Shown piece after piece: positions 19,129 through 27,386 of a stretch of 60,847 nt of DNA. Each line of letters begins with the position of its first letter. Positions within the stretch are counted from its first letter, which is position 1. The notes under the pieces are model-generated. The model did not search any database. It had not been told where the DNA came from and saw nothing but the letters and a program-made list of their open reading frames with translations. Location: positions 1 through 60,847 of the forward strand of contig VGXI01000002.1 in assembly GCA_016873475.1 (NCBI GenBank). The letters run 5' to 3'. The stretch comes from a bacterium. GTDB lineage: Bacteria > Krumholzibacteriota > Krumholzibacteriia > JACNKJ01. Made by a program: the position numbers and the translations under genes.

Positions 19129-19171
19129 GCGCGGTGGGGAGTTCCCGGCGAGCCGGGGCTCCCCACCGCGC
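19129..19171 (-). terminator. Strong hairpin after the OmpA gene (possible terminator)
   Basis: Perfect 13-bp stem: gcgcggtggggag 19129-19141 pairs with ctccccaccgcgc 19159-19171. There is no clear T-run. Confidence 0.45.
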
Positions 19172-19179
19172 CCGATCCA

Positions 19180-19860
19180 TCAACCGCCGGCCTGGGCCTC
19201 GGCGGCCTCCTTCAGCTTCTCGTTGGCCATGATCGCCACTTCGACGCGGCGATTGGCCTGCTTGCCCGCGGCGGTCGTGTTGTCCGCGACGGGGCGGGTC
19301 TCGCCGTAGCCGGTCGTCGTCATGCGGGCGCTGACCACCTGGTTCATGGCGAGGAAGCGCGCCACGGAGCCGGCCCGCTGCTCCGAGAGCGTCTGGTTGT
19401 AGGCTTCGCTGCCGTCGGAGTCGGTGTGGCCGTCGACCATGATGTTCGTGTCCTCGTACTTGTTGAGGATCGTCGCCATCTTGGTCAGGTTGGCCTGGGC
19501 CTCGGCGCTCAAGTCGGACTTGTTGACGGCGAAGAGGATGCCCGAGTCGAAGGTGATCATGATGCCCTCGCCGACGCGCTCGATGCGCGCGCCCTGGAGG
19601 TCCTGCTCCAGTTCGGCCGCCTGCTTGTCCATGTAGTTGCCGATGACGGCGCCCGTGGCCCCGCCGACGGCGGCGCCGATGATGGCCCCGGCCGCCGTGT
19701 TCTTGTTGTGCTTGCCGATGAGACCGCCGATGACGGCCCCCGCCGTGCCGCCGATGGCGGCGCCCTTCTCCTGGCGGCTCATGCTCGCGCAGCCCGTGGG
19801 GCCGACGAGCAGGGGCAGTAGGCTGACGATCACCAGGGACGAAACGATGCGCTGCTTCAT
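19180..19860 (-). CDS. OmpA-family lipoprotein with N-terminal glycine-zipper region
   Basis: MKQRIVSSLVIVSLLPLLVGPTGC lipobox from ATG 19860. Gly-zipper GGTAGAVIGGLIG...GAAVGGATGAVIG. OmpA C-terminal motifs GHTDSDGSEAYNQTLSEQRA and NRRVEV. Confidence 0.92.
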   Translation of the reverse strand: MKQRIVSSLVIVSLLPLLVGPTGCASMSRQEKGAAIGGTAGAVIGGLIGKHNKNTAAGAIIGAAVGGATGAVIGNYMDKQAAELEQDLQGARIERVGEGIMITFDSGILFAVNKSDLSAEAQANLTKMATILNKYEDTNIMVDGHTDSDGSEAYNQTLSEQRAGSVARFLAMNQVVSARMTTTGYGETRPVADNTTAAGKQANRRVEVAIMANEKLKEAAEAQAGG

Positions 19861-19862
19861 GT

Positions 19863-20269
19863 TCACCTCGCGGTTGGAGTCCGGCGGAGCCCAGGCCCCG
19901 CCGCATTCATCGAGATCCTCGGCCGCCAGCCGCGGCCACGCCAGCTTCGCAAGTAGGAGGCCCCGTTGACGTCCACGATGGCGCCGGTCGCGAAGGCCGG
20001 CGCCTCGGTGGCCAGCCAGAGCACGGTGGCGGCGATTTCTTCCGCGCTGGCCACCCGGTTCAAGGGGCTCTGGGCGCGGACGGCGGCGCCGCCCGCCCCG
20101 TGAAGGTACTCCGCCGCCATGTCCGTGTCCACCCAGCCGGGGGCCACGGTGAAGACGAGGACGCCGGCCGGGGCCAGGGCCAGGTCCGCGCGCAGCAGCG
20201 GGTGCGGCCCGCCCGGCAGGCGCGCGAGGCACCGGTCACGAGCGCGCGTCGCTCCGGGGGGATCGGCAT
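19863..20269 (-). pseudogene. Decayed short-chain dehydrogenase/reductase (internal deletion plus frameshift)
   Basis: Frame A from ATG 20269 reads MPIPPERRALVTGASR, the Rossmann TGxxxG start. About 15 codons later the only SDR-like continuation is in another frame: LALAPAGVLVFTVAPGWVDTDM...SPLNRVASAEEIAATVLWLATEAPAFATGAIVDVNG. The catalytic Ser/Tyr/Lys segment is absent. Confidence 0.55.
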
Positions 20270-20326
20270 GCCTTCCGCCTCCTCGTCGTGCCCGGAAGGG
20301 ATAGCGCGTCGGGCGCCGGCGGGACA

Positions 20327-20359
20327 GCAAAAAAGGAACCGGCCGCGTGGGGCGGCCGG
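20327..20359 (-). terminator. Intrinsic terminator of the PDZ gene
   Basis: Stem ccggccgc 20339-20346 pairs with gcggccgg 20352-20359 around a 5-nt loop. The minus strand continues TTCCTTTTTTG (plus-strand A6 20329-20334). Confidence 0.6.
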
Positions 20360-20387
20360 CTCGGGGGGTTGGCAGGTTGAGGAGGCT

Positions 20388-20888
20388 CTAGGGCGTCGCT
20401 TCCGCCACGTTGGCCAGCTGGGCGTGCTCCATCATGTGGCGGCCGATCCACTGGGCCATGACGTCGGCGGGCATCGGCGCCAGCGTGAGCTTGATCTCCT
20501 TGTTCATGTCCCCGCGCTTGATCGTGTAGCTCACTTCCTGGCCGGGCTTCCACTCCTGGCGCGCGGCCTTGAGCTTCTCGCCGTTGGCCTCGGTGAACTC
20601 GATGCCGTACATGGCGAAGAGGAGGTCGCCGGGCTGGAGGCCGGCGGCTTCGGCCGGGCTGCCGGGAATGACCTTGGTGAGGCGGTACTTGCCCAGGGCC
20701 TCGTCCGTCTCCATCTCGATGCCGACCCAGCCGCTGGTCTTGAGCATCTCGGTCATCTTGTTCAGGCACTCCTGGGTGGCAGCAGTGCACTTCTTCTCGG
20801 ACTCACCGGCCCAGGATGGAATCGCGCTCGAGACGGCGAGGAGGAAGAGCACGAGCACGGTCGCCAGGGAAAGGGTGACTCGCGGCAT
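20388..20888 (-). CDS. Secreted PDZ-domain protein
   Basis: MPRVTLSLATVLVLFLLAVSSAIPSWA signal peptide from ATG 20888 (GGAGAT RBS). PDZ core GWVGIEME...VIPGSPAEAAGLQPGDLL. Confidence 0.85.
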   Translation of the reverse strand: MPRVTLSLATVLVLFLLAVSSAIPSWAGESEKKCTAATQECLNKMTEMLKTSGWVGIEMETDEALGKYRLTKVIPGSPAEAAGLQPGDLLFAMYGIEFTEANGEKLKAARQEWKPGQEVSYTIKRGDMNKEIKLTLAPMPADVMAQWIGRHMMEHAQLANVAEATP

Positions 20889-20978
20889 GGCATCTCCTTC
20901 GATTCGGGTGGGGGAGCCGTCCCTGCGTGGAAGGTCTCCGTTGGCTTGGCTCACGGGAGAAGTCTAAGGCAGCGCCAG

Positions 20979-21035
20979 GTAAAAGGGGTGAGGCCGAGGG
21001 TAAAATGCTGTCAAAGCTGTATCCGGGCTGTAAAA
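20979..21035 (+). repeat. Three direct GTAAAA repeats upstream of the two-component operon
   Basis: GTAAAA at 20979, 21000 and 21030, spaced 21 and 30 nt. TAGAAT -10-like hexamer at 21083-21088, with no good -35. Confidence 0.3.
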
Positions 21036-21108
21036 TGGGGCCGCATTCGCCGACCCTCGCTGCGCGCCAGCCGCTGGCGCGGTAGAATCCCGGCGAAGGG
21101 GAGACGCG

Positions 21109-22779
21109 ATGGCCGATCGACTCCGCATCCTCCGCGGCCCGCTGCACTGGCTCGGTCTCGCCGCCGTCGTCGCCTCGCTCGCCCTCCTGCTCGGCCTGCA
21201 GTACCGCTGGCTGCAGCGGCTGGGCGAGGCGGGCGCCCTCCTGCGCGAGGCCGCCCTGCGCGGCTTCCTCGAGGCGGTCTGCACGGAGTTCGAGTACTAC
21301 TACCGCACCCGCGCCGAGCGCTTGCTCAACGTGCCGGCGGAGCTCTTCACCGAGGGGCGTCTGCAGAAGCTGGCCAAGACCTGGGAAGGGCAGGAGCTGG
21401 CCGGCACGCGCACGCTCTTCCTCGTCGATTTCACACGTGCCGAGTTCGGCAACTTCCTCGTCTACCGCGCGGACACCGGGGGGCTCGAGACGCCACCGGC
21501 CTCCGACGAGAGCCTGGCGATCATCATCGCCTGTGCGCCGTGGCAGGCGCGGGGCGGCCGGCGCACGCTCGCGGGACCCGGCCCCCTGCGCGTCGACGAG
21601 GGCGATCCCGCGCACCGTATCCTGCTCAATCCGATCACCGACGAGACGGGCAGCCTGGTCGGCATCTCCGGCTTCGTCGTCGACGAGCCCTACCTGCGCG
21701 AGTCCCTGCTGCCCGCGCTGGTCAAGAAGGCGATCCGCGACCACTTTCCGCCGGAGCGGCAGGCGGACATCGGCGTGCTCGTCACCGACGGTGACGGCCG
21801 GCCGGTGCTCGGCGAGGCGGCCTTCGCCGGCGCGGTCACGGCAACCCGCTCCCTCCCCTTCCTCTTCACGGACTGGACGCTCCACCTCGCCAGCACGGGC
21901 AAGGGCGAGGCGGACTGGGCGCGCGGCAACTTCGCGATCAACCTCGCGCTCTCGGCGCTGCTCGCGCTCGTGCTGACCGCCGGCCTGCTCTTCTCGCTGC
22001 GCGCTGCCCAGCGCGCAACGCGCCTGTCGGCGATGAAGTCCGACTTCGTCTCCAACGTGAGCCACGAGCTGCGCACGCCGCTCGCCTCCATCCGCGTCTA
22101 CGCGGAGCTGCTGCGCACGGGGCGGGCGAAGGAGCCGGAGCAAGTGCGTCGCTACGGCGAGACGATCGAGGCCGAGGCCACGCGGCTATCGCGGCTGATC
22201 GAGAATCTGCTCGACCTGTCGCGCATCGAGAGCGGGCGGCGCAGCTACCGCTCGGTCCCGCTCGACCTGGCGGCCGTCGCGGAGGAGACGATCGCCGCCT
22301 TCCGCCAGCGGCCGGGCGGGGCGGATTGCGCGGTCAGCTATCGCGGCCCGACGACGCCGCTGCCCGCCCTCAGCGGCGACGCCGAGGCGCTCGGCCGGGC
22401 GCTCGGCAACCTGCTCGAGAACGCCTGCAAGTACTCGCCGGAGCGGCGCGGGATCACGGTCGCGCTCGAGCAGGTAGGGGGCGAGGTCCGGCTCGCGGTG
22501 ATCGACCAGGGCATCGGCATCCCCCGCGAGGAGCAGGCGCGCATCTTCGAGCGCTTCCACCGCGTGGGCAAGGGGCTGGTGCACGATGTCAAGGGCAGCG
22601 GGCTCGGCGCCGCGATCGTGCAGCATATCGCGAGGGCGCACGGCGGGCGGGTGAGTCTGGACAGCGAGCCTGGCCGGGGCAGCACCTTCACGCTGCACCT
22701 GCCCTTTGGTTCGGCGGGCGGCCTGGCGGCTGCGCCCGCCAAGGAGGAACATGCCGAGGATCCTGATCGTCGAGGATGA
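21109..22779 (+). CDS. Sensor histidine kinase (two TM helices flanking a ~260-aa extracytoplasmic domain)
   Basis: ORF 21109..22779. H-box MKSDFVSNVSHELRTPLASI, N-box LGNLLENACKYSP, G-boxes DQGIGI and GSGLGAAIV. Confidence 0.92.
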   Translation: MADRLRILRGPLHWLGLAAVVASLALLLGLQYRWLQRLGEAGALLREAALRGFLEAVCTEFEYYYRTRAERLLNVPAELFTEGRLQKLAKTWEGQELAGTRTLFLVDFTRAEFGNFLVYRADTGGLETPPASDESLAIIIACAPWQARGGRRTLAGPGPLRVDEGDPAHRILLNPITDETGSLVGISGFVVDEPYLRESLLPALVKKAIRDHFPPERQADIGVLVTDGDGRPVLGEAAFAGAVTATRSLPFLFTDWTLHLASTGKGEADWARGNFAINLALSALLALVLTAGLLFSLRAAQRATRLSAMKSDFVSNVSHELRTPLASIRVYAELLRTGRAKEPEQVRRYGETIEAEATRLSRLIENLLDLSRIESGRRSYRSVPLDLAAVAEETIAAFRQRPGGADCAVSYRGPTTPLPALSGDAEALGRALGNLLENACKYSPERRGITVALEQVGGEVRLAVIDQGIGIPREEQARIFERFHRVGKGLVHDVKGSGLGAAIVQHIARAHGGRVSLDSEPGRGSTFTLHLPFGSAGGLAAAPAKEEHAEDPDRRG

Positions 22780-23440
22780 GCCGGCGATGGCGGCTGCGCT
22801 CATGGACGGCTTCGCCTACGAGGGTTACAAGGTGGAGCACGCGGCCGACGGCGAAGCGGCGCTGGAGGCCGTTGCCGAGCGCCCACCCGACCTGATGATC
22901 CTGGACATCATGCTGCCCAAGAGAAGCGGGCTGGATGTCTGCAAGGAGCTGCGCGTCGACGGCAACGCGCTGCCGATCATCCTGCTGACGGCCAAGAGCC
23001 AGGAGCTGGACAAGGTGCTCGGCCTCAAGCTGGGCGCCGACGACTACGTGACCAAGCCCTTCAGCTTCGCCGAGCTGCTCGCGCGCGTGGAGGCCGTGCT
23101 GCGGCGGGCGGCGGGGCAGGCGCCGCTGGAGCCCGCGCTGGGGCGGCGCCGCTTCGGCGACATCGAGGTGGACTTCACGGAGGGTCTGCTGCGGCGGGCC
23201 AGCAAGTCGCTCGAGATCTCGCGCCGCGAGCTGCGCCTGCTCGAGTACTTCCTGCGCCACAGCGGGCAGGTGGTGAGCCGCGAGCAAATCCTCGACGCCG
23301 TCTGGGACTACGACACGGCGCCCCTCACGCGCACGGTGGACATGCACGTCTCCAAGCTGCGCGCCAAGATCGAGGCGGACCCGGCGAACCCGCGCTGGAT
23401 CGTCACCGTGCACCGCGTGGGCTACAAGTTCACCGGCTGA
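22751..23440 (+). CDS. OmpR-family response regulator
   Basis: MPRILIVEDEPAMAAALMDGF... from ATG 22751 (AAGGAGG RBS) inside ORF 22706..23440. Winged-helix end VHRVGYKF. Overlaps the kinase gene by 29 nt. Confidence 0.93.
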   Translation: MPRILIVEDEPAMAAALMDGFAYEGYKVEHAADGEAALEAVAERPPDLMILDIMLPKRSGLDVCKELRVDGNALPIILLTAKSQELDKVLGLKLGADDYVTKPFSFAELLARVEAVLRRAAGQAPLEPALGRRRFGDIEVDFTEGLLRRASKSLEISRRELRLLEYFLRHSGQVVSREQILDAVWDYDTAPLTRTVDMHVSKLRAKIEADPANPRWIVTVHRVGYKFTG

Positions 23441-23448
23441 GGAGCGCC

Positions 23449-24330
23449 GTGGCCGACCGGATCCACCTGGCTGACAATCTGGCGGTGCTGCGCACGCTGC
23501 CGGACGCCTGCGTGGATCTCGTCTACATCGACCCGCCCTTCAACACGGGCCGCGCGCAGCGGCGGACGCAGCTGCGCACCGTGCGCGCTGCCGGCGGCGA
23601 TCGCACCGGCTTCCACGGCGAGCGCTACGCGACGGTCGCCCTCGGCACGCGGCGCTTCAGCGACCGCTTCGACGACTACCTCGCCTTCCTCGAGCCGCGG
23701 CTCGTGGAAGCGCGCCGCGTGCTCGCGCCCGCGGGCAGCCTCTACTGCCACCTCGACTACCGCGAGGTGCACTACGTCAAGGTGCTGCTGGACGCCATCT
23801 TCGGGCGCGCGTGCTTCACCAACGAGGTCATCTGGGCTTACGACTACGGCGCGCGCACGAAGCGGCGCTGGCCGCCCAAGCACGACAACATCCTCGTCTA
23901 CGCCCGGGACCCCGGGCGCACCCACTTCGACGCCGAGGCCCCCGCGCGCATCCCCTACATGGCGCCCGGGCTGGTCGGGCCCGCGAAGGCGGCGCGGGGC
24001 AAGCTGCCCACCGACACCTGGTGGCACACGATCGTGCCCACGAGCGGCAAGGAGAAGACCGGCTATCCGACGCAGAAGCCGCTGGGCATCCTGCGGCGGA
24101 TCCTGCAGGCTTCCTCGCCGCCCGGCGGCCTCGTGCTGGACTTCTTCGCCGGCAGCGGCACGACGGGCGCCGCGGCGCGCGAGCTGGGGCGGCGCTTCAT
24201 CCTCGTCGACGACAACCCGGAGGCGATCGCGGTGATGGCGCGGCGCTTCGCGGGGCTCGCCGGCATCGAGTGGGTGGGCTGCGATCCGGCGGCCCTGCGC
24301 GCGGCGGGGGCGGACGGCGCCTCACTCTAG
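23449..24330 (+). CDS. Orphan beta-class DNA methyltransferase (N6-adenine or N4-cytosine)
   Basis: ORF 23449..24330 with a GTG start 8 nt after the regulator stop and GGAG upstream. Motif IV VYIDPPFNTG is N-terminal and motif I LDFFAGSGTTGAAA is C-terminal. No nuclease-like neighbour. Confidence 0.88.
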   Translation: MADRIHLADNLAVLRTLPDACVDLVYIDPPFNTGRAQRRTQLRTVRAAGGDRTGFHGERYATVALGTRRFSDRFDDYLAFLEPRLVEARRVLAPAGSLYCHLDYREVHYVKVLLDAIFGRACFTNEVIWAYDYGARTKRRWPPKHDNILVYARDPGRTHFDAEAPARIPYMAPGLVGPAKAARGKLPTDTWWHTIVPTSGKEKTGYPTQKPLGILRRILQASSPPGGLVLDFFAGSGTTGAAARELGRRFILVDDNPEAIAVMARRFAGLAGIEWVGCDPAALRAAGADGASL

Positions 24331-24382
24331 TTGCCAGCCGCGCGGAGAAGGTCCACACTGGCAGTCGTCGAAGGAGGTCCCC

Positions 24383-24604
24383 ATGGCCCCGCTCACTTGG
24401 ACGGATGCCCTCACGGTCGGCGTGAAGGAGAGCGACGAGCAGCACCGGGCGCTCGTCGCCCAGGTGAATGCGCTCAAGCAGCGCTTCGACACGGGCGGCC
24501 TGGGGCTGGATGCCGAGGTCGCCGAGTCGCTGGGCGTCTGGCTGACGGAGCACATCGTCGAGGGCCTCAGCAACTGCGAACCCGCCGCCACGGATGCGGA
24601 CTGA
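24383..24604 (+). CDS. Miniature hemerythrin-like protein (73 aa)
   Basis: ORF 24383..24604 with a strong AAGGAGG RBS. The N-terminus LTWTDALTVGVKESDEQHRALVAQVNAL matches the bacteriohemerythrin start, but the protein is about half the normal length. Confidence 0.6.
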   Translation: MAPLTWTDALTVGVKESDEQHRALVAQVNALKQRFDTGGLGLDAEVAESLGVWLTEHIVEGLSNCEPAATDAD

Positions 24605-24618
24605 CCCAGAGAGGCCGT

Positions 24619-25122
24619 ATGCTCGTCCTGCGCTGCACGCAGAAACTGCTCACGGAGCTGAAGCTGCCCAAGGACGAACTTGGTGATCCGGCGGATGGCT
24701 TCCTGGGCAGTTGGTTCGCCCATCTCTTTCGGCTGGAGCGCCGCAAGTGCGTGCTCTTCACAAACAGCCAGACGCTCTACTGCGTGCTGCTCTTCGGGCT
24801 GCTGAAGTACGACTTCGAGCGCCTGCCCCTGCGCTTCGTCGACGCCTTGACGGCGAACCTTGAACAGGAGGGCATACCCGCCGAAGCCGTGGCGCGGCTG
24901 CGCTGGGCCTGCCACCCGGTCACCTGGGGTCCCACGAACAACCGCAGCGTGCTGGGCTCGGCGAATGAGTACATCCAACTGCTCAAGCACCGAAGCCAGT
25001 TCGCGCCATTGGAGAGCCCGCAGAACGCGGCCGAGCTGAGCGCGCGGCTGAATCGGACGCCAATGAGCGCTCTCCCCGATGTATTCCCAATCGATGCCAT
25101 CAGTGCGGCGCTGCACGCCTGA
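24619..25122 (+). CDS. Hypothetical protein (167 aa)
   Basis: MLVLRCTQKLLTELKLPKDELGD... from ATG 24619 inside ORF 24331..25122. Tight spacing in the operon. Possibly a DUF6933-type protein (memory only, unverified). Confidence 0.7.
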   Translation: MLVLRCTQKLLTELKLPKDELGDPADGFLGSWFAHLFRLERRKCVLFTNSQTLYCVLLFGLLKYDFERLPLRFVDALTANLEQEGIPAEAVARLRWACHPVTWGPTNNRSVLGSANEYIQLLKHRSQFAPLESPQNAAELSARLNRTPMSALPDVFPIDAISAALHA

Positions 25123-25147
25123 GCGCCTTGGACGAAGGGAGGTTCTG

Positions 25148-25399
25148 ATGGCACTGCCCGCTGACTGCGATCAAGAGAAGCTTGCCGAAGTAGCGATGGG
25201 GATGCTCTGGCTGACCCTGCATGGGCCGGCCGAATTCCCGCGCGCCTGGAAAGGGATGGACTGGGACTTGGCCAACCTCCTGTTTCAGAAGGGTTGGATC
25301 GATGATCCGAAGAGCAAGGCCAAGTCGGTGGCGCTGACGGAAGAGGGTGCACGTCTCGCGGAGGTCTACTTCAGGAAGCACTTCGGAGCCGAGGCTTGA
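25148..25399 (+). CDS. Hypothetical small protein (83 aa)
   Basis: MALPADCDQEKLAEVAMGMLWLTLHG... from ATG 25148 with a GGGAGG RBS. Possibly DUF6429-like (memory only, unverified). Confidence 0.7.
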   Translation: MALPADCDQEKLAEVAMGMLWLTLHGPAEFPRAWKGMDWDLANLLFQKGWIDDPKSKAKSVALTEEGARLAEVYFRKHFGAEA

Positions 25400-25992
25400 T
25401 GCTCCGCGCTTGGCTGGTCGGGCTGTTGCTGATCGCGGCACCGAGTGCCGCCGAAGGGGCCGGCCGGCAGCTCGCGGCAGCGGCGCGCGAGCAGGTGGGC
25501 GTCACCCTGCACTACGATCCGAGCTACCGGCGCCTGGACTACCCCGGCGGCGATCCGCCTGCCGAGCGTGGCGTCTGCACGGACGTGCTCGTGCGAGCCT
25601 ACCGCCGGCTCGGCGTGGACCTGCAAGTGCTCGTGCACGAGGACATGCGCGCGGCCTGGGATGCCTACCCCAAGCTCTGGGGACTCGCGCGGCCGGACGC
25701 GAACATCGACCACCGGCGCGTGCCGAACCTGGCGACCTTCTTCGCGCGCCACGGCGAGCGGCTCGCCGTGAGCCGCGTGGCGGCCGACTATGCCGCCGGC
25801 GACCTGGTAACCTGGCGGCTGCCCTCGGGCGTGCCGCACATCGGGATCGTCTCCGATCGCGCGGCGCCGGATGGGACGCCGCTGGTGATCCACAACATCG
25901 GCGCCGGGGCGAAGGAGGAGGACCTGCTCTTTCGCTACCCGATCACGGCGCACTATCGCTATCTGCCGGAGGCGCCGGCGGTCGGCGACTAG
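25399..25992 (+). CDS. Secreted DUF1287-family protein
   Basis: ATG 25399 shares its A with the preceding TGA. Signal peptide MLRAWLVGLLLIAAPSAAEG. VTLHYDPSYRRLDYPGGDPPAERGVCTDVLVRAYR...PHIGIVSD pattern of DUF1287. Confidence 0.85.
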   Translation: MLRAWLVGLLLIAAPSAAEGAGRQLAAAAREQVGVTLHYDPSYRRLDYPGGDPPAERGVCTDVLVRAYRRLGVDLQVLVHEDMRAAWDAYPKLWGLARPDANIDHRRVPNLATFFARHGERLAVSRVAADYAAGDLVTWRLPSGVPHIGIVSDRAAPDGTPLVIHNIGAGAKEEDLLFRYPITAHYRYLPEAPAVGD

Positions 25993-26015
25993 CACCTCTG
26001 CCGCGGAGGGGGAGG

Positions 26016-26675
26016 ATGAGGATGCGCGGAAGCCACAGCAGCGAAGATCCTTTGGCGCAGGTGCGCTGGATACCGGCGGGCGAGAACCCGCTGGGGATCG
26101 AGCTGCTGGACTGTCGGCCCTTCGCCAAGACCATGCGATCCTTCTCGCAGGATCCGGACATCGCCACGCGCTTCCTCGACCAGCGCCAGGCGCTTGGCGA
26201 GGAGCATCGCGACGCTTCGCTTGCACCGGAAACGACCGCCGATTGCGCGCTGGCCTATGTCCATCGCGGCCCGACGCGTGACGGACCCCTGTTCAAGGCC
26301 GAAGCGATGGAGGATAAGTGGGACGTCTACCTCTACGATGGGCAGCTCTACTTTGCGCGCAGTTGGACGGGTGATCTCTGTCTGCGCGCGCGCATGCGCT
26401 TCAGCGAAGGGAAGGCCGAGCTGCTGGCCGTAACCGCCCGTGAGGACGCGGTGGGGGGAGACGGTCGCTACGCGGTCGCAATGGTCGACTTCCTGATCTG
26501 CAGCTATCTCTATCGCCGGGTGTCGCCGCATCCCCTGCCGACGCACCTCGGGCGCGACAAGGCCCAGCTCGCCCTCTTCTCCTTTTCGCAGCACGGTCGT
26601 TGGGGTCTTTACGGCAGCTTCGCCGATACGACGGCGCTGCCGCTCATCGATCCGGCGGCGCGGCTCGAGCCCTGA
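26016..26675 (+). CDS. Hypothetical protein (219 aa), no family recognised
   Basis: ATG 26016 after GGAGGGGGAGG, inside ORF 25347..26675. Last gene of the co-directional array. Confidence 0.7.
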   Translation: MRMRGSHSSEDPLAQVRWIPAGENPLGIELLDCRPFAKTMRSFSQDPDIATRFLDQRQALGEEHRDASLAPETTADCALAYVHRGPTRDGPLFKAEAMEDKWDVYLYDGQLYFARSWTGDLCLRARMRFSEGKAELLAVTAREDAVGGDGRYAVAMVDFLICSYLYRRVSPHPLPTHLGRDKAQLALFSFSQHGRWGLYGSFADTTALPLIDPAARLEP

Positions 26676-26881
26676 GGCGCCTGGAGCCGGCGGGTGACGC
26701 CGGTGCTGCAGGCGGCAGTTCCCCTGAGATCCTGGAGCTCCCGTTGCCAGAACAGCGGGTTGCCCTCGCGGCAGGAGCCTGAGTCTCCGGATCACCCCAC
26801 GCGATCGGCAAGGCCCATCGGGGTAGCTTCGAAGCCTGTGCGCAGCGGCGCGGCGGACCGGGCATGCTCTTCGCACCGCAC

Positions 26882-26910
26882 TTGTCGCGGCGCTCCCCCG
26901 GCGCTACAAT
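26882..26910 (+). promoter_or_regulatory. Candidate promoter of hicAB
   Basis: TTGTCG 26882-26887, 17 nt, TACAAT 26905-26910, 45 nt upstream of the hicA ATG. Confidence 0.5.
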
Positions 26911-26955
26911 CCCTAGCACTGCCTCCCGCGATCCATACCTAGGCTGGATCCTGGG

Positions 26956-27144
26956 ATGTTGGTTCGTGAGGTCCTGCGCCTCCTGGAGCGGGAGGGATGG
27001 CAGCTCGTACGTCAGCGGGGAAGTCACCGCCAGTTCCGTCATCCGCGCAAGCGCGGGCTGGTCACGGTGGCAGGCAAGCCAAGTGCGGACGTGGCACTAG
27101 GCACGCTGAACAGCATCCTCAAGCAGGCGGGGTTGAAGCCATGA
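26956..27144 (+). CDS. hicA: HicA toxin (mRNA interferase)
   Basis: ORF 26956..27144: MLVREVLRLLEREGWQLVRQRGSHRQFRHP...TVAGKPSADVALGTLNSILKQAGL. Confidence 0.9.
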   Translation: MLVREVLRLLEREGWQLVRQRGSHRQFRHPRKRGLVTVAGKPSADVALGTLNSILKQAGLKP

Positions 27145-27353
27145 GATTCCTGATCGTGATCGAGAAGGCCGAGCGCGGATTCTCCGCCTACTCGCCGGAT
27201 CTCCCCGGCTGCGTGGCAGCGGCAGCGACTCGCCGGGGCGTCGAGAAGGCCATGCGCGAAGCGGTCGAGTTCCACATTGAGGGGCTGCGTGAGGAAGGCT
27301 GCCGAGTCCCCACGTCGCGCAGCTACTCGACCTATGTGGAAGTACCGGCTTAG
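27141..27353 (+). CDS. hicB: HicB antitoxin
   Basis: MRFLIVIEKAERGFSAYSPDLPGCVAAAAT...AVEFHIEGLREEG from ATG 27141, with an ATGA overlap with hicA. Confidence 0.9.
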   Translation: MRFLIVIEKAERGFSAYSPDLPGCVAAAATRRGVEKAMREAVEFHIEGLREEGCRVPTSRSYSTYVEVPA

Positions 27354-27386
27354 ATTCTGGCGCCCGCGCTTACTCGGCTGACCGGT

